A stretch of DNA of 64,000 nucleotides from Rotaria socialis (Eukaryota), in the NCBI GenBank assembly GCA_905331295.1, contig CAJNYD010000069.1:62001-126000 (forward strand), in the 5' to 3' direction. The notes beneath the pieces were generated by a model. The model worked only from the letters and a program-made list of their open reading frames with translations. It was not told the DNA's origin and did no database searches. How positions within the stretch are numbered: the stretch's first letter is position 1; each line of letters begins with the position of its first letter. The translations under genes and the position numbers were made by a program. Shown here in pieces: positions 15,024 through 27,607 of this stretch.

Positions 15024-15942
15024 CTATTCTATTATTTTGAAATTATTCATGCCGATAAAAAAAATAAAATTTTAGATAAAATCAAAGTCATTGACTGTTT
15101 GTTAACGATAGTGTTACCGTTCAACAGATAATCTATTTTTGATAGTCTTTCCATTACTTTAGAATAGGAGATAGAGAACATCCCATTATTTTGCTGGTTG
15201 ACTGTGATTGAATTTATATTGTTTGCAACTTTTGAAAAGCTCTAACGTAAATGGTAAAGCCATAGTCCTTACTCACCATTTTCTTGGCAATCAAAGCATG
15301 CAAAATCAGGATTTAGGCCAGTCAATCATCTTGTCCGTAATGTAGCTACCGAGTTATGTCAAATTCTGTCGTTGACACATTATTGATATTGATCAAAAGA
15401 AATTTCTGATGCAAGATCAAAAAAAGTCAATCACTACCTGTCAAGCAAAAGAAACTCGAACTGTTCAGTTACGCCATCAGAGACAAGTCACTGTCAGGCG
15501 AATTTTAGGAATCGTTATAATTAAAACATACACGCCGTTAATACAACAACAAAATGATTTTTAAAATGCTATATGATTCTCTGCTGTATTGTGAATCCAA
15601 CAGATGTCGCTCACGATGCGCATGAACAATATCCATATAATGATGAAAATTTTTTTCTAAAGTAAAATGTTAAATAAAAATTTTAATAAATTTCTTCAAG
15701 AAAAATCTTCTCATTAAAAACTCCTTTTACTTTACGGCCACAAATACTCTTTTTAAATTCGATTGGTTATTCGAAAACTCTAATTTCTTCATTGATTCGT
15801 CTTGTTTATTTTGTCATATTGAAAAGATTTAAGAAAAAAAGAAAAACACCAGGGACTACGATAATCTTGTTTTAATTTTTAGATCTTTATCGATTTCACG
15901 TGAATACAATTACACAACTATTCACCTTGAACTACTACAAAC

Positions 15943-16317
15943 ATGGCAACCAAAGATCCAACTAGCGGTAAAATTCCAGCTCAAGCAGGTGCTGGCGAAC
16001 AACAAGAATACAAAATTCGTATTACATTAACATCTCGAAATGTTAAATCACTCGAAAAAGTGTGCGCTGATTTAATACAAAAGGCAAAAGACGAAGAAAT
16101 TCGTGTTAAAGGACCCGTCCGTATGCCAACTAAAGTTTTACGTATAACAACACGTAAAACACCCTGTGGTGAAGGTTCAAAAACATGGGATCGTTTTCAA
16201 ATGCGTATCCACAAACGTGTTGTCGATTTACATTCGAAATCGGAAATTGTCAAACAAATAACATCCATAAGTATCGAACCAGGTGTAGATGTTGAAGTCA
16301 CCGTTGCCGATTCCTAA
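15943..16317 (+). CDS. RPS20: 40S ribosomal protein S20 (uS10), intronless CDS
   Basis: [21 protein letters not shown]...[37 protein letters not shown] is the canonical uS10 sequence. Confidence 0.98.
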   Translation: MATKDPTSGKIPAQAGAGEQQEYKIRITLTSRNVKSLEKVCADLIQKAKDEEIRVKGPVRMPTKVLRITTRKTPCGEGSKTWDRFQMRIHKRVVDLHSKSEIVKQITSISIEPGVDVEVTVADS

Positions 16318-16562
16318 ATACGAAAAAACAAGAGACAAACAAACAATTTATTTCAACAATGAAGAAATGGCATTAGGAGTGTAACATCAAAATATTTTAT
16401 TTGTCTTTTCTTTTCATTGTTGATTTTGTTTTGTTCATATCAAATAAAAAACAATACCAACAGTAACAAGATAATTAAAAACAACACGCTTTTTTTCTTC
16501 TTCTAAATATTGTCAATCATTCTAGACGTTTCAAAGAAAAAGAAAAGAATAAGTAAAATAAT

Positions 16563-19500
16563 ATGAAACACTTACTACCAATTTTAAAACGAGCTTCATT
16601 AGGCCGATTACAATATTATCGTTCTTTATCATCTGCAGTAAATAATTATAATCAATTAACAACTACATGTGATCCACAATCAGATATATATAAGGTATTT
16701 TATTGTGAAATATATATATATATATATATACATTGGATCTTATAATATATCCATTGATAGGCATAATGACTTTTTTTACAGTGAAAGTATGCATAATCTA
16801 TCTGTTTAACTTTCGTGCACTAGGAGAAATTATCTAGATGTAGCGACATGTTTTCATTTGGGAAATTGAGTTAAGAAATGTTCCTTTTGTAACACTAGAA
16901 ACATATCCTTACCTTGGACATTGATTTTGTACTTCTCTTTTGTTATATTTTCAATACCTGTTCGAACTGTATTAATTGATTGCGAGGATTTAGTAGTTAT
17001 CTAATAATATTCATTTAATCTATTGGAAATCAATAAGTCAAAGATGCTTAACGTCAGCATTATCTATAAATATACATAACAAAATCATTCTTCGAAAATT
17101 ATTCTCTCGAGTCATTCAACAAATGACTGATCTGAAAGAGATTTCGGCACACGACGCAATACAAATTCTTGATTGATATTGAACATGAGAACTAATAATG
17201 TTATTCATGATCGAAGGCAAATTTTTGAGAGCGTGGGTGAGCATTCTTCCTTGCGAAATGAATCTTCTCCTTTTATGAGCGCCTCTGTGATCTGTTCATG
17301 CAACAAATAGATCTCATTTTCGAAGGCGAAAAGTCATTTTTTATGAAGATATTCAAATCGAAATGCATTGCTCAACAAAAAGTAGCATGCGAACTTGATT
17401 TATTTCATTTGAAAAAGTTAAAAATTATCTTCTATATAGTTTTATTTTCATGCATGAGAGAAGCGACTTCACTGGATAATAAAAAGATTCTTATTGTAGA
17501 ATTATTCATTTGAATGGCTAGTTATACTTTCAGTCGACCTTCTAAAATGTTTGTTTCTCCTTGCATGTTAATTACATCTACTTTTAGTATTAGGCGGGGG
17601 GGGGGGNCCCCCCCCCCACCGAAAAAAGTCGATTTTTTTGAAAAGATTAAAGTTTGCGTTTTTATCATGGGTAGCTAGGTGTCTCAAAGTCTTCTCTTTC
17701 AGAATATATATAGGTTTTTTAAAAAAGGTTCGATTTTAAGGGACTTATCGAAAAAATACTGAGCCGTACTGTCTTGTTTTTCGAGAAAAGACAAATGGCG
17801 GTAAGGTCATTTTTTGACCAAACTATTTTCTGAAAAAAATAGTTACATGGTTGGAATCAGTATAAAATTTTGAACAAAATAGTGTACTGTGGTTGGTAAA
17901 ATCATTTTGTCTCGGTCACCATCCTGAAAAAAAAATTTTTTCCCGGAGTTTGATCTAGACATAGCTTATTCAGTACGCTGATCACGAATATAAGGTTTTT
18001 TTTCCGTAAGAATGTTCTCCGAAGAAAAAAGTGGCAGTTCTCGACACGGCCACGATTTTGTTTACCTTACTTCACAGATCGCTGTCTTGTAAGTAAAGAA
18101 ATCAGTTCAAGAAAGAAGAAATACAATGAATATGTGCAGAAATGATAATTCTATCGATTCCATTCAATTGAATGGATTAAAAGCAATGTTAGTTATGTTT
18201 ATTAGGTTAAAATTCTCATTTCATATTCATCAGTATAGGCGCGTCAGTTGAAAGAATAGAGCTAATAGCAACGATCGTTTAAAGGCGGAGCGAGTTGATA
18301 TCATTCATGACATCATCGAAAAGGTTCAGCATAAAAATATAACATATAGATCTTTTTTCGAGTTTAAACAAAAAAAATGTTTCTTAAACTTATTTATCGT
18401 TTTTCTCAAAACAAGGTTTTTTTGTCAGAAAAAATGAAAATAGCTTCAGGCGATTTAAGATATTAAGGTCATTTTTTATTATTTTGAAGCTTCAAGTGTA
18501 AGTAAAATTTTGTCCAAACAAATTTTTTATATTTGATTCCTGAACTTAAAAAAGTCGGATTCTACACTTACAGGTGGCCATTTTTAGCCAAATTTTGACG
18601 CCTATTCCAGTAAAATGCTTAAAAGTTACGTATTGGTGCTGGGTTTAATTTAAAGCAAGCGCGACTTTGATAGCTCTCCTACTATGTAAATACGCCATAT
18701 TTTCGGCTCAATTCAATATATCGAGCTGAAACTTTTATCACGACGGTTTCCAATGAAGATTAGTCATCCATGAAAATTTCAGCTCAAAGGGACCTTTCTA
18801 AGTGACAACTCAGATCTGATGGAGGGGGCTGAATTCAATAGAAATGACACCGGTTAATCGTAGCACAAATAGATTTAATTTCTTTATTAGTTATGATTCA
18901 TTGAAACTGAACTATTATTTTCATTTAGAGCAATTATGAGGCAATGATGAAAACTGTGGTTGAATTACAGAAGAATATAAAAAATATAACGCTAGGTGGA
19001 AATGCAGAAGCTCGTGAACGACATACATCGAAAAATAAATTATTAGTAAGAGATCGTATTGATAGATTACTCGATCCAAAGTTTGTTGATTTTCTTTCTT
19101 ATGAAAATTTTGTTTCATTTTCAATTTTCATTTCTCAAAAAATCATAGTACACCATTCCTTGAATTTTCACAATTAGCCGGCTATCAATTATATGGCGAT
19201 GACGAAGTTCCGGCTGCTGGTATTGTAACTGGTATCGGACAGATTCAAGGGTAAATGATTGAAACAAAATCAATAAAGTTATTAGAAATCGTTCTATTAG
19301 ACGAGAATGTGTTATTATTGCTAATGATGCAACAGTTAAAGGTGGTTCATATTATCCAATAACAGTGAAAAAACAATTGCGTGCTCAGGAAATCGGACGA
19401 GAAAATCGACTACCGTGCATCTATCTTGGTACTATCTATAGACATCAGAGAAAATGCTTAGTTTCATTAGTTTTGTTTTCGTTTGGTTTTAGTTGATAGT

Positions 19501-21939
19501 GGCGGTGCCAATTTGCCACGCCAAGCCGATGTATTTCCTGATAAAGAACATTTTGGACGTACATTCTATAATGAAGCAACAATGAGTTCCATGGGTATAC
19601 CACAAGTGAGTAGATAAAAACCAACAACAAGAAACAGATATCTATTTTTGTTCCTATCTAGATTGCCGTTGTTTTGGGTAGTTGTACAGCTGGTGGTGCT
19701 TATGGTACGTTCAAAAGACAATTTTAATAATTAAATTATCGCGTGAAAGTCTTCAGAGTAGTACATTTAGGATTTAGTCGCAACTTTTATGTTGCTTGGA
19801 GTGATAATATCCGGAAACGGTTGTCTCTCAATGGGCTAAAAGCGCCAATTTATCGTGGGATGTTCCGTGATCATAGTCATTTTAGAGAATAGTCAGTTTT
19901 TCCTGTATAAAAACTATACAACTCCTCGCTTTCGCGATGTAAACTCTAGATTGAAGAATATTTTTCTTCTTTGTTGTTGTTTTCATTCTCTGAAGTAGAC
20001 TTCATTGTTTCGTACAGTTCCAGCCATGGCTGATCAATCAATTATTGTTCGTCGACAAGGAACTATATTTCTTGCTGGTCCACCATTAGTCAAAGCAGCT
20101 ACAGGCGAAGTTGTATCAGCGGAAGATCTTGGCGGTGGTGATCTTCATTGTCGGTTAGTAATCATTGTCATCTAATAAATATCTTGTATTATTTATAATA
20201 ATCGAATGTAGTCAATCGGGTGTGACAGATTATTATGCGATGGATGATGCTCATGCTTTGCATTTAACACGACGTATTGTTGCAAATCTCAATTATGCCA
20301 AACCGCAACAAGTTTGTTGAAATTGAGGGTTTAATTTATATGTATTTCTAATTTGCTTTTGCAGGTTGTAATGAAGCCATCAGTTGATCCTTTATATTCA
20401 GCTGATGAACTGTATGGTATTGTAGGTGATAATCTCAAGCGAGTATTCGATGTTCGAGAAGTATACTGATTTCCATTGGTTTTCGTGGTTATTTCTTTAT
20501 GCTTTGCTTTTCATTTAAGGTCATTGCTAGAATTGTCGATGGTAGTGAATTTGATGAATTCAAAAAATTATATGGTGAAACACTTGTTACTGGTAAAAAG
20601 AATAACTGATTAGACTTGTAGTAGAATTTTTTATCTGTTTGATTAGGATTCGCACATATTCATGGATATCCTGTGGGTATATTAGGTAATAATGGCGTTC
20701 TTTTCTCGGAATCAGCACTCAAAGGTGCACATTTCATTCAATTATGTTCTCAACTTAAAATTCCATTGTTATTTCTACAAAATATTACTGGTAAAGTGAA
20801 CCCACAAAGTTGAAGAATTTGAAAATCTAACAGAATTCATTAATAGGTTTTATGGTTGGACGTGATGCCGAAGCTGGCGGTATTGCAAAGAATGGTGCGA
20901 AATTAGTTAATGCCGTAGCTTGTGCTCAAGTTCCAAAGATTACTGTGATCATTGGAGGTTTGTTCATAAGTATTAGATACAATAGCGAACAGCAAGTTTA
21001 ACGAAAACGTATTTTTGATGGTTTTTCGTAACTGTAAGATTTTAGAGAGATTCTCCTGGATCTCAAAATTACTGTCTCGAGTTTTGCAAAAATTTATTCC
21101 TCAAAATTTTCTAAAATGCATAATACGAAGAACTGCAGTGACTACCGGAATCAATCTTAGCGACCAATAAGATATTCGTTCGCTAGATTCAATACATATT
21201 TTGACATGGTATTTTCCAACTATATTTTGCTACACAGGTGAGAATAAACAGAATCACTTCTGTTTTTCTCCTCGACTCTCATATACGTCGATCAAGGTCG
21301 TTTAGCGTAAAACGAAGTAAAAATAAATGAAGCCTTAAGCCACTTGATAAGAAAAACTGTAAAAATCAATAGTTCAATCTCAACTAATTGTTAAACATCA
21401 AAGTTACGTTGTCGTCAAAATTTATTCTCAAGTAATGGAATTCTTCGTAACGCATATGTTTATTTTTAGGAAGTTATGGAGCAGGTAATTATGGTATGGC
21501 TGGAAGATCATATAGGTAATAGGAAATCAATAGAAGAATTTAATCTATTTTGTTTTTAAGTCCACGCTTTTTATATATGTGGCCGAATGCAAGAATATCT
21601 GTAATGGGTGGTGAACAAGCTGCTCAAGTTCTTACACAGATTACTTCCGAACAACGTAAACGACAAGGAAAACAGGTTCAGTGATCATTTTTTTCTCGTT
21701 GTTGTTTTGGTTTAATGTGATACTCTGTGTTTTAGTTCACGGCTGAAGAAGAACAAGCTATCCGTGAACCAATTCTACGTAAATATGATTTTGAAGGCTC
21801 ACCATATTTTTCATCAGCACGCCTTTGGGACGATGGTGTTATTGATCCAGTAGATACTCGACTTGTTCTAGCTCTTAGTCTTAGTGCTTCTCTTAATGCT
21901 CCTATACCCGAAACACGTTTTGGCGTTTTTCGAATGTAA
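16563..21939 (+). CDS. MCCC2: Methylcrotonoyl-CoA carboxylase beta subunit, mitochondrial; multi-exon with a ~2.2 kb first intron (16695-18928)
   Basis: Arg-rich presequence followed by exons encoding [91 protein letters not shown] and terminal FGVFRM*. Confidence 0.95.
17608..18830. mobile_element. Probable non-autonomous DNA transposon remnant(s) in MCCC2 intron 1; boundaries approximate
   Basis: Abrupt C/G-run ends, internal inverted motif gagctgaaa...tttcagctc and repeated aaaaaagtcg, and no coding potential. The intron is far larger than the typical ~55 nt. The left end lies at an N gap. Confidence 0.4.
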
Positions 21940-22010
21940 TATGCTTTTGTTTTCTTTAAAAAGAAATAAAATTTTATACTTGAATATCAGAAAAAAGTGT
22001 GCACAAGCAG

Positions 22011-22277
22011 TTAGTAACCAGGTCTATGAGAATGATGTCTACTATGATGTGGGTAGCCACTAGGTGATGGATATGCCACTTGACGACCACTTGGTTGATA
22101 ATTGTTTGGATACGAATTTTGATAATATCCTTGATTATAATAATCATTAGGATCATTATAATTGCTGTATTGTTGTGCATACATTTCTTCTTTTGCACTG
22201 GAATACGCTGAACCAACTCGACGAACAGTTCTGTAACCTAAATAAGCAGCAATAGCAGCTATAAGAAGGTTTGCCAT
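22011..22277 (-). CDS. 88-aa protein with an N-terminal hydrophobic segment and a Y/N/Q/S/P-rich low-complexity tail
   Basis: ATG at 22277: MANLLIAAIAAYLGYRTVRR...QQYSNYNDPNDYYNQGYYQNSYPNNYQ...HHSRHHSHRPGY*; composition is strongly biased but coherent. Confidence 0.65.
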   Translation of the reverse strand: MANLLIAAIAAYLGYRTVRRVGSAYSSAKEEMYAQQYSNYNDPNDYYNQGYYQNSYPNNYQPSGRQVAYPSPSGYPHHSRHHSHRPGY

Positions 22278-22717
22278 TTGTTGTGACTTTGTGTTGAAAA
22301 ACAAAAATACGTCTGAAACTATACGAACGTGTATTTTGCGCTGCTATATATTTGACTACTCCTACCGTGATATCATTGAGGCATGACAATACACCACTCG
22401 TTAATTATATGAAATTAGATGAGAGAAACGAAACGAAACGAACGAAAAACAAACTTGTGTGCAAACAAAACTAAAAATGAGTCATGATATTTTAATACGT
22501 TTTCTAGTAAAAAGATAAAATTGTCACGCCAAACATAGTAGAACATAACTTCCGTTTATCGCCACTCTATATTCATATAGTTTGAATTGGATAAAAATCA
22601 GTTCCATTTTTACCAATAAAAATAAATATTTTGATATTATGCTTATTCTCAATAGTCGTTAGATTGATTATCCAATTCAGTATTTATTTCCTTAAAATTA
22701 GGCTCAATTTATTTGTA

Positions 22718-23011
22718 AAAAAGCTTGTCAGCGCAGCCCCGTCGGGGCTAAAATGTGGAACTCACATATTTCGGTCAGTTAGATACTGATCAAATAGAAG
22801 TTTTATTTTTTCAGTGTAGTGAGATCATATTTTGTTCAAAAATAAGATAATAAAACCCTTTTAACATTTGAAGTTTATTGGATCTATCAATAGGGAATAT
22901 TACTAGAGAGAACGTATGAAAAACTTTTTGTTTAAAATATGCCAGTATGCTGAAGTGTTTAGTGGTTTCATCGAGAAATATTGTGAATGATAACAGTTTA
23001 AACAGTATTTN

Positions 23012-23065
<54 letters not shown>

Positions 23066-23142
23066 ACAGGGGAGCCGCAAAAACCTAACAATTCAGCTTA
23101 CACTCACTATTTTCTTCGAAAATATATGTGAGTTCCACAAAA
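22718..23142. mobile_element. Helentron-associated (HINE/DINE-1-like) non-autonomous element, interrupted by an assembly gap
   Basis: A-run, then GC hairpin agcccc-gtc-ggggct, then subterminal repeat tgtggaactcacatat (~22754). Its inverse atatgtgagttccaca (~23124) lies in a terminal stem-loop followed by an A-run. Confidence 0.55.
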
Positions 23143-24639
23143 TATGATTTCACAATAATTATAAACATAAAAAGCATATCAACAAAAATCAAAAATTCAT
23201 GATCATGACAATTTCGTGAACAACAATTTAGAACGAGAGTAAGTCATTTGTACGTGTAGATTAATGTATACGAAGAAAAATAAGAATCTAAAGCAAATAA
23301 AAGTAGGAATATCAATTGTGACCTTATACAGAAGAAAAAAGCCAGCTAGTTGTGACATCATGTAACGCCATCATCCTCATTTATATGTGTTACACGCAAT
23401 TGATTACAATATTTTTGGTAAAAGGATGCAATTAACATCCAATGATATTAGTGTTCCTGAGATACTTACAATGTACTTAAGAATATAATGGTTCAAAAAC
23501 ATTTTTTTTATTCGAGAACAGCATGACTTATCATTGCAATATAGCTCATGAGATCTATTGATTGAAATTTTGGTCGATGTATTTATTTGACTAATGGCAT
23601 AACCCGAGAGTCTTTGAATGCATCTTTTTTGTTACATTTATGTCTATCGGTTAAGTAATTGTATAAAAAAATCTGTGATAATTGTTCGGGTTCAATCATA
23701 GAGAGCGATTTCAAATTTTTAGTTTTCGAGCAAACATTTTGGAAGGATCAAACTTGTTCGATAGAATACATCAAGCACAAAACGCTTGTTAATGCTACAC
23801 ATTTAGCTTTTTGTAATAAATTTATCGCTGGTTCAATTTTATAATTATAAGAGTAAAAACCACTGCAACGAATTTATTCTAGAAAGTAAAAACAATATTG
23901 TTTAGTTCCAGGTAGTTATTTATCAACATCAACAGTAAATAATCATTAGGCTAAAGTTTAGTGCCTGGAATGATTTCGATAGTATGTCATATTTCTTGTT
24001 CCATCAACGAGGGTAAAACTTTGGCGTAATATTCCGTAGAGAAAAAGCTCCGATTCATTTCTTGGAGAGCCATTAAAGACAAGTCGATAATACTATTATT
24101 AACACTAAAATGAATGTATATATTTAAAAAAACTATATATGTCACTCAACTCTATAAATAGTATCTATCTCGTTTAGACAGAATACGTTATTTAAGAAGA
24201 AAGCAAAGATATTTCAAGCAAAGATTAGCATTCCTCGTTTATTGAGCAGTAAATTGAAGTAGAAAAGATGATTTTCTTCTTGAAATACTTCAATTTTATA
24301 GGAAGGATATTCCACTCGATGATGTTCTTTAGCTGACTGCCACATTGTAGAATGCAAATAGAACCACGCTTGACTGAAATCGTCGCATTTATTGTCATGC
24401 TATTCTCAAAGATTGATACCGAAAATCTTATCTAAGAATAGGAAATATTTATCAGCTGAGTACGTCTGAGAATAATATTCTCAAAACAAACGTTCAATAA
24501 TAGCTTTTTATTCTCTGTGTTTCATCCTCGACAATCTCTTATTATATGCAGCATATTTTTTGTATATTCACTGTAAAAGTATTTTGTGGCTAAGAAGTGT
24601 CTCACAATGAGTAAATACGATAGTGATGTTCAGCTAAAC

Positions 24640-25222
24640 TGCAAGATTCTTTGAGATATTGAGCGCGTTTTAAATTGTTGAAATTTTATAAAAATAAATG
24701 TGGAAACTTCGGATTTCATCCGAGAGTTATGTGTACTGCAAAAAGTGCATGGGACATACGAGTCATTTTAGAATGCCTGAACACGAAAATTATTATGAGA
24801 AACTAGGCAATTTGATTTCTGGATGCAGTTTTTGTGCATTTTGAGACCTTTTTCAGGCGATGTTTCGTTAGAAGGCTACGATTTAGTTCAAAATTAATAT
24901 CAGATTCGGAATCAGCGTTAAAAACTGAGTCGATTTATATATGTTGTGAATAATTCTGAGAAAAATTTGTTTTTTGAAAAAAATCCCTGTACCCCTCCTC
25001 AGGGATGGCCTGGTCAAAAATGACAATTTTTTCGATAACTCAACTATTTCTTGAGAGATCCTTCTCATCTTCGAGCTCGACCGAGATATTCATGAGATTG
25101 AACTGTGTGGAAAATTTCAGGTCAATCGAATGTAATTGTGAAGGCTTATCGAATAAACGGCCGGACGGCCGGACACACCGATTGATTCTATAGTGTACTC
25201 TTTTTTTTTGAGTACACAAAAA
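24640..25222. mobile_element. Second HINE/DINE-1-like element; only the right end is clear
   Basis: cggccgga repeats followed by terminal hairpin gtgtactc-T run-gagtacac and an A-run, as in DINE-1-type ends. The left boundary is uncertain. Confidence 0.45.
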
Positions 25223-27607
25223 GTACATTACAATATCAACTTTGGAAAAGCAATCACGAATTTCATTCCTGGGGTGACCTTAATTTTGTCTCTTTATAAT
25301 ACCAGATGTTGCCATAGTACGATAAACGAAAAGAAAACAGTAAAATTCATCTAAAAAAATCTTCGCCTCCCTTGACAACTGTTAAATAAGGTAATCGAAA
25401 GATTAACACGTTCTAAATATAACAAAATTTTATGAAAAAATGGATAATAAAACAGTCTCCTGTCTTTATTGATGTTTCATTATTCAAACAACATGATTGC
25501 CGAAGATATTTTTCATGATTTGAAATGCAGCAAAGTTTTTAGAGAGAAAAATTACTCGTAAGTCGCCGTTTGTAATATGGTTTGTTTAACGTTGTGCTTA
25601 GTATTACTGCCAAATCAAATAGATGTTCGTGTCGCCTCTAAATTATTTTACTTTGATAAACACTTTCGCCTACAACAGACTAAATATTTCATCATGGCCT
25701 ATATCAGGTGTAACATACCTGCAGATATTATTTCCTAAAATATTCCAACAGAAAAGTTCAATGAGGCATACCGAGAAGCATGTCTTTCTAAAAACAGACT
25801 ATGCAATGAATCCTTCTTTCGAGGTCAATTTTATTTTGATGTCAAAATCAGCTACAATCGGGTCTGTTTTTTATGTAAATCGAAACAGATGTCAAGCCAT
25901 GAAAGCAAATATTAGTACTAATGACAAAATGAATTATAAATAATACCCTTCTCAAGTAGTACGCAGTCCACTCCAGCTGAATATCTGCATTTAATTTCAT
26001 CTATTTAAACCTTTCATGATATATCAGAAAAATATGATTTTGTTTACATCAATTCTATTAGTGGTGTAATTTTGATGATTGATCAAAGACGGCACATGAC
26101 TATTGCGCTTGAAACGAAAATAATCACGTATATTGTGAAACTATTCTAATAATTACGCGTGCGCTTTAGAACAATATAGATCCATCGTCCTCGGTTGATC
26201 TTCAACAATGCTACAATTATTCATATGCTTTTCAATCAACTATTCCATTTATAGAATAGAAACGGAATATTATTATAAAAATAATAAAATCATCAATCAG
26301 AAGAAAAATGACAACAATGGAACTACAAAAGAAGTTCTCTGAACACACACAGTATAATCATATTTTTTTCATGAATCTTATCTTATGCTGCATCATGCAA
26401 TTTTTAAGAAATATTTTCCTACCATTTGAATAATAAAGTTTTTATTAGACTATATGTGACCTCATGCGACTGTCACTTGTTTGGATGCTAAATAATGACA
26501 ACGTTTAAAGTTCTCCTAAGCAAACACACGCACTTGACAAACGAAGGATGAATACACCTTAAAAGAATTATTTATTTTATCGATGACATGCAAACCGTTT
26601 TACATTGAAGACAAGTTTCAACAATTGCGAATTCACAAAAAAGCCCTTTAGTCGCGAAGAAATGTTTGATACGTAATGTAATAGTAGTTCACTGTAAAAG
26701 TGATTGCATTACGAGACATAAAGAAGAGTGGAAGATCAATAGAGATCTTCTCTTCTTTTTCATTCATTTATTTCTATTAAATAGTGATGGCAACAAAATT
26801 TTCCCGTTCGATTCACACTCTGTTATGATGTGCGGTCGATAAGTACATGAGCATTTATAAAAGGAAAATGTCTCAAGCGCTCCTCTTGTCTATTTTTTTA
26901 TCCTCTCAGTTCTTATGATATTCATGTCACAGATGACATGATAATTTCAGTTGAGATTGGAATGCCCGAAAAAAATAATTAATCGAAAAAATATATTTTT
27001 CTTCTTTATTTCTGCTCGTGATAATAGATTCTAGAAAAACAGAATAGAGAAGAAATATTTCTCAGATAAACTCAATGTTCCCATGTCCACATAGTTTAAA
27101 AAACATTCAGAGAGTGAATTTATCATTGAAAGATAAAAACACAAAATTTATTTTTCTCCGATAAGTTCAATGTCCCCATAGTTTAAAAAATAGACATAGT
27201 TGAATTATTTAAGAAATCATTGTAAAAAGATGCAAGGAATAATCCTCAATATAAAAATTTCTAAAGTCAGATCTCAACAAAAATTCTATTAAAAAAATTA
27301 AGAAAAAACCTATTCCAAACTCGCCTGCTATATATATACGTCGTCACTAAAGTTTTCTTAATTTTTCATCAGTTCCATATTTTTTTTAAGGAAATCCATC
27401 AAATTACGAGCAGAATATAGAACAAAGATGAAGTTTTGCAGTTTTTATTTTCTTCATATAACTGGTTCCATTAAAATTATAAAACGGTGTGCGATTGATA
27501 TTTTACATTAGCACGCTGCTTTTGTTCCACTTTTATTATGAATACATATCCATAAATAAAGAATGATCATACTGTTTTTTTACATTTCATTCTATTATAG
27601 ATAATCA

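Noticed and set aside
17595..17617. G-run / N / C-run resembling a hairpin or G-quadruplex
   Set aside because: Centred on an assembly N, so length and adjacency are unreliable.
19705..21470. Possible intronic snoRNA or structured RNA in the larger MCCC2 introns (stem at ~21153-21190)
   Set aside because: No convincing C/D or H/ACA box set; the short imperfect stem could be chance. An Infernal/Rfam search would be needed.
23011..23065. 55-nt poly-C tract and the poly-Gly/poly-Pro ORFs over it
   Set aside because: It abuts an N gap and is probably a sequencing or gap-fill artefact; the ORFs are just translations of the homopolymer.
27064..27200. Diverged short direct repeat (gataa..tcaatgt..catagtttaaaaaa)
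   Set aside because: Only two degenerate copies; an ordinary local duplication.
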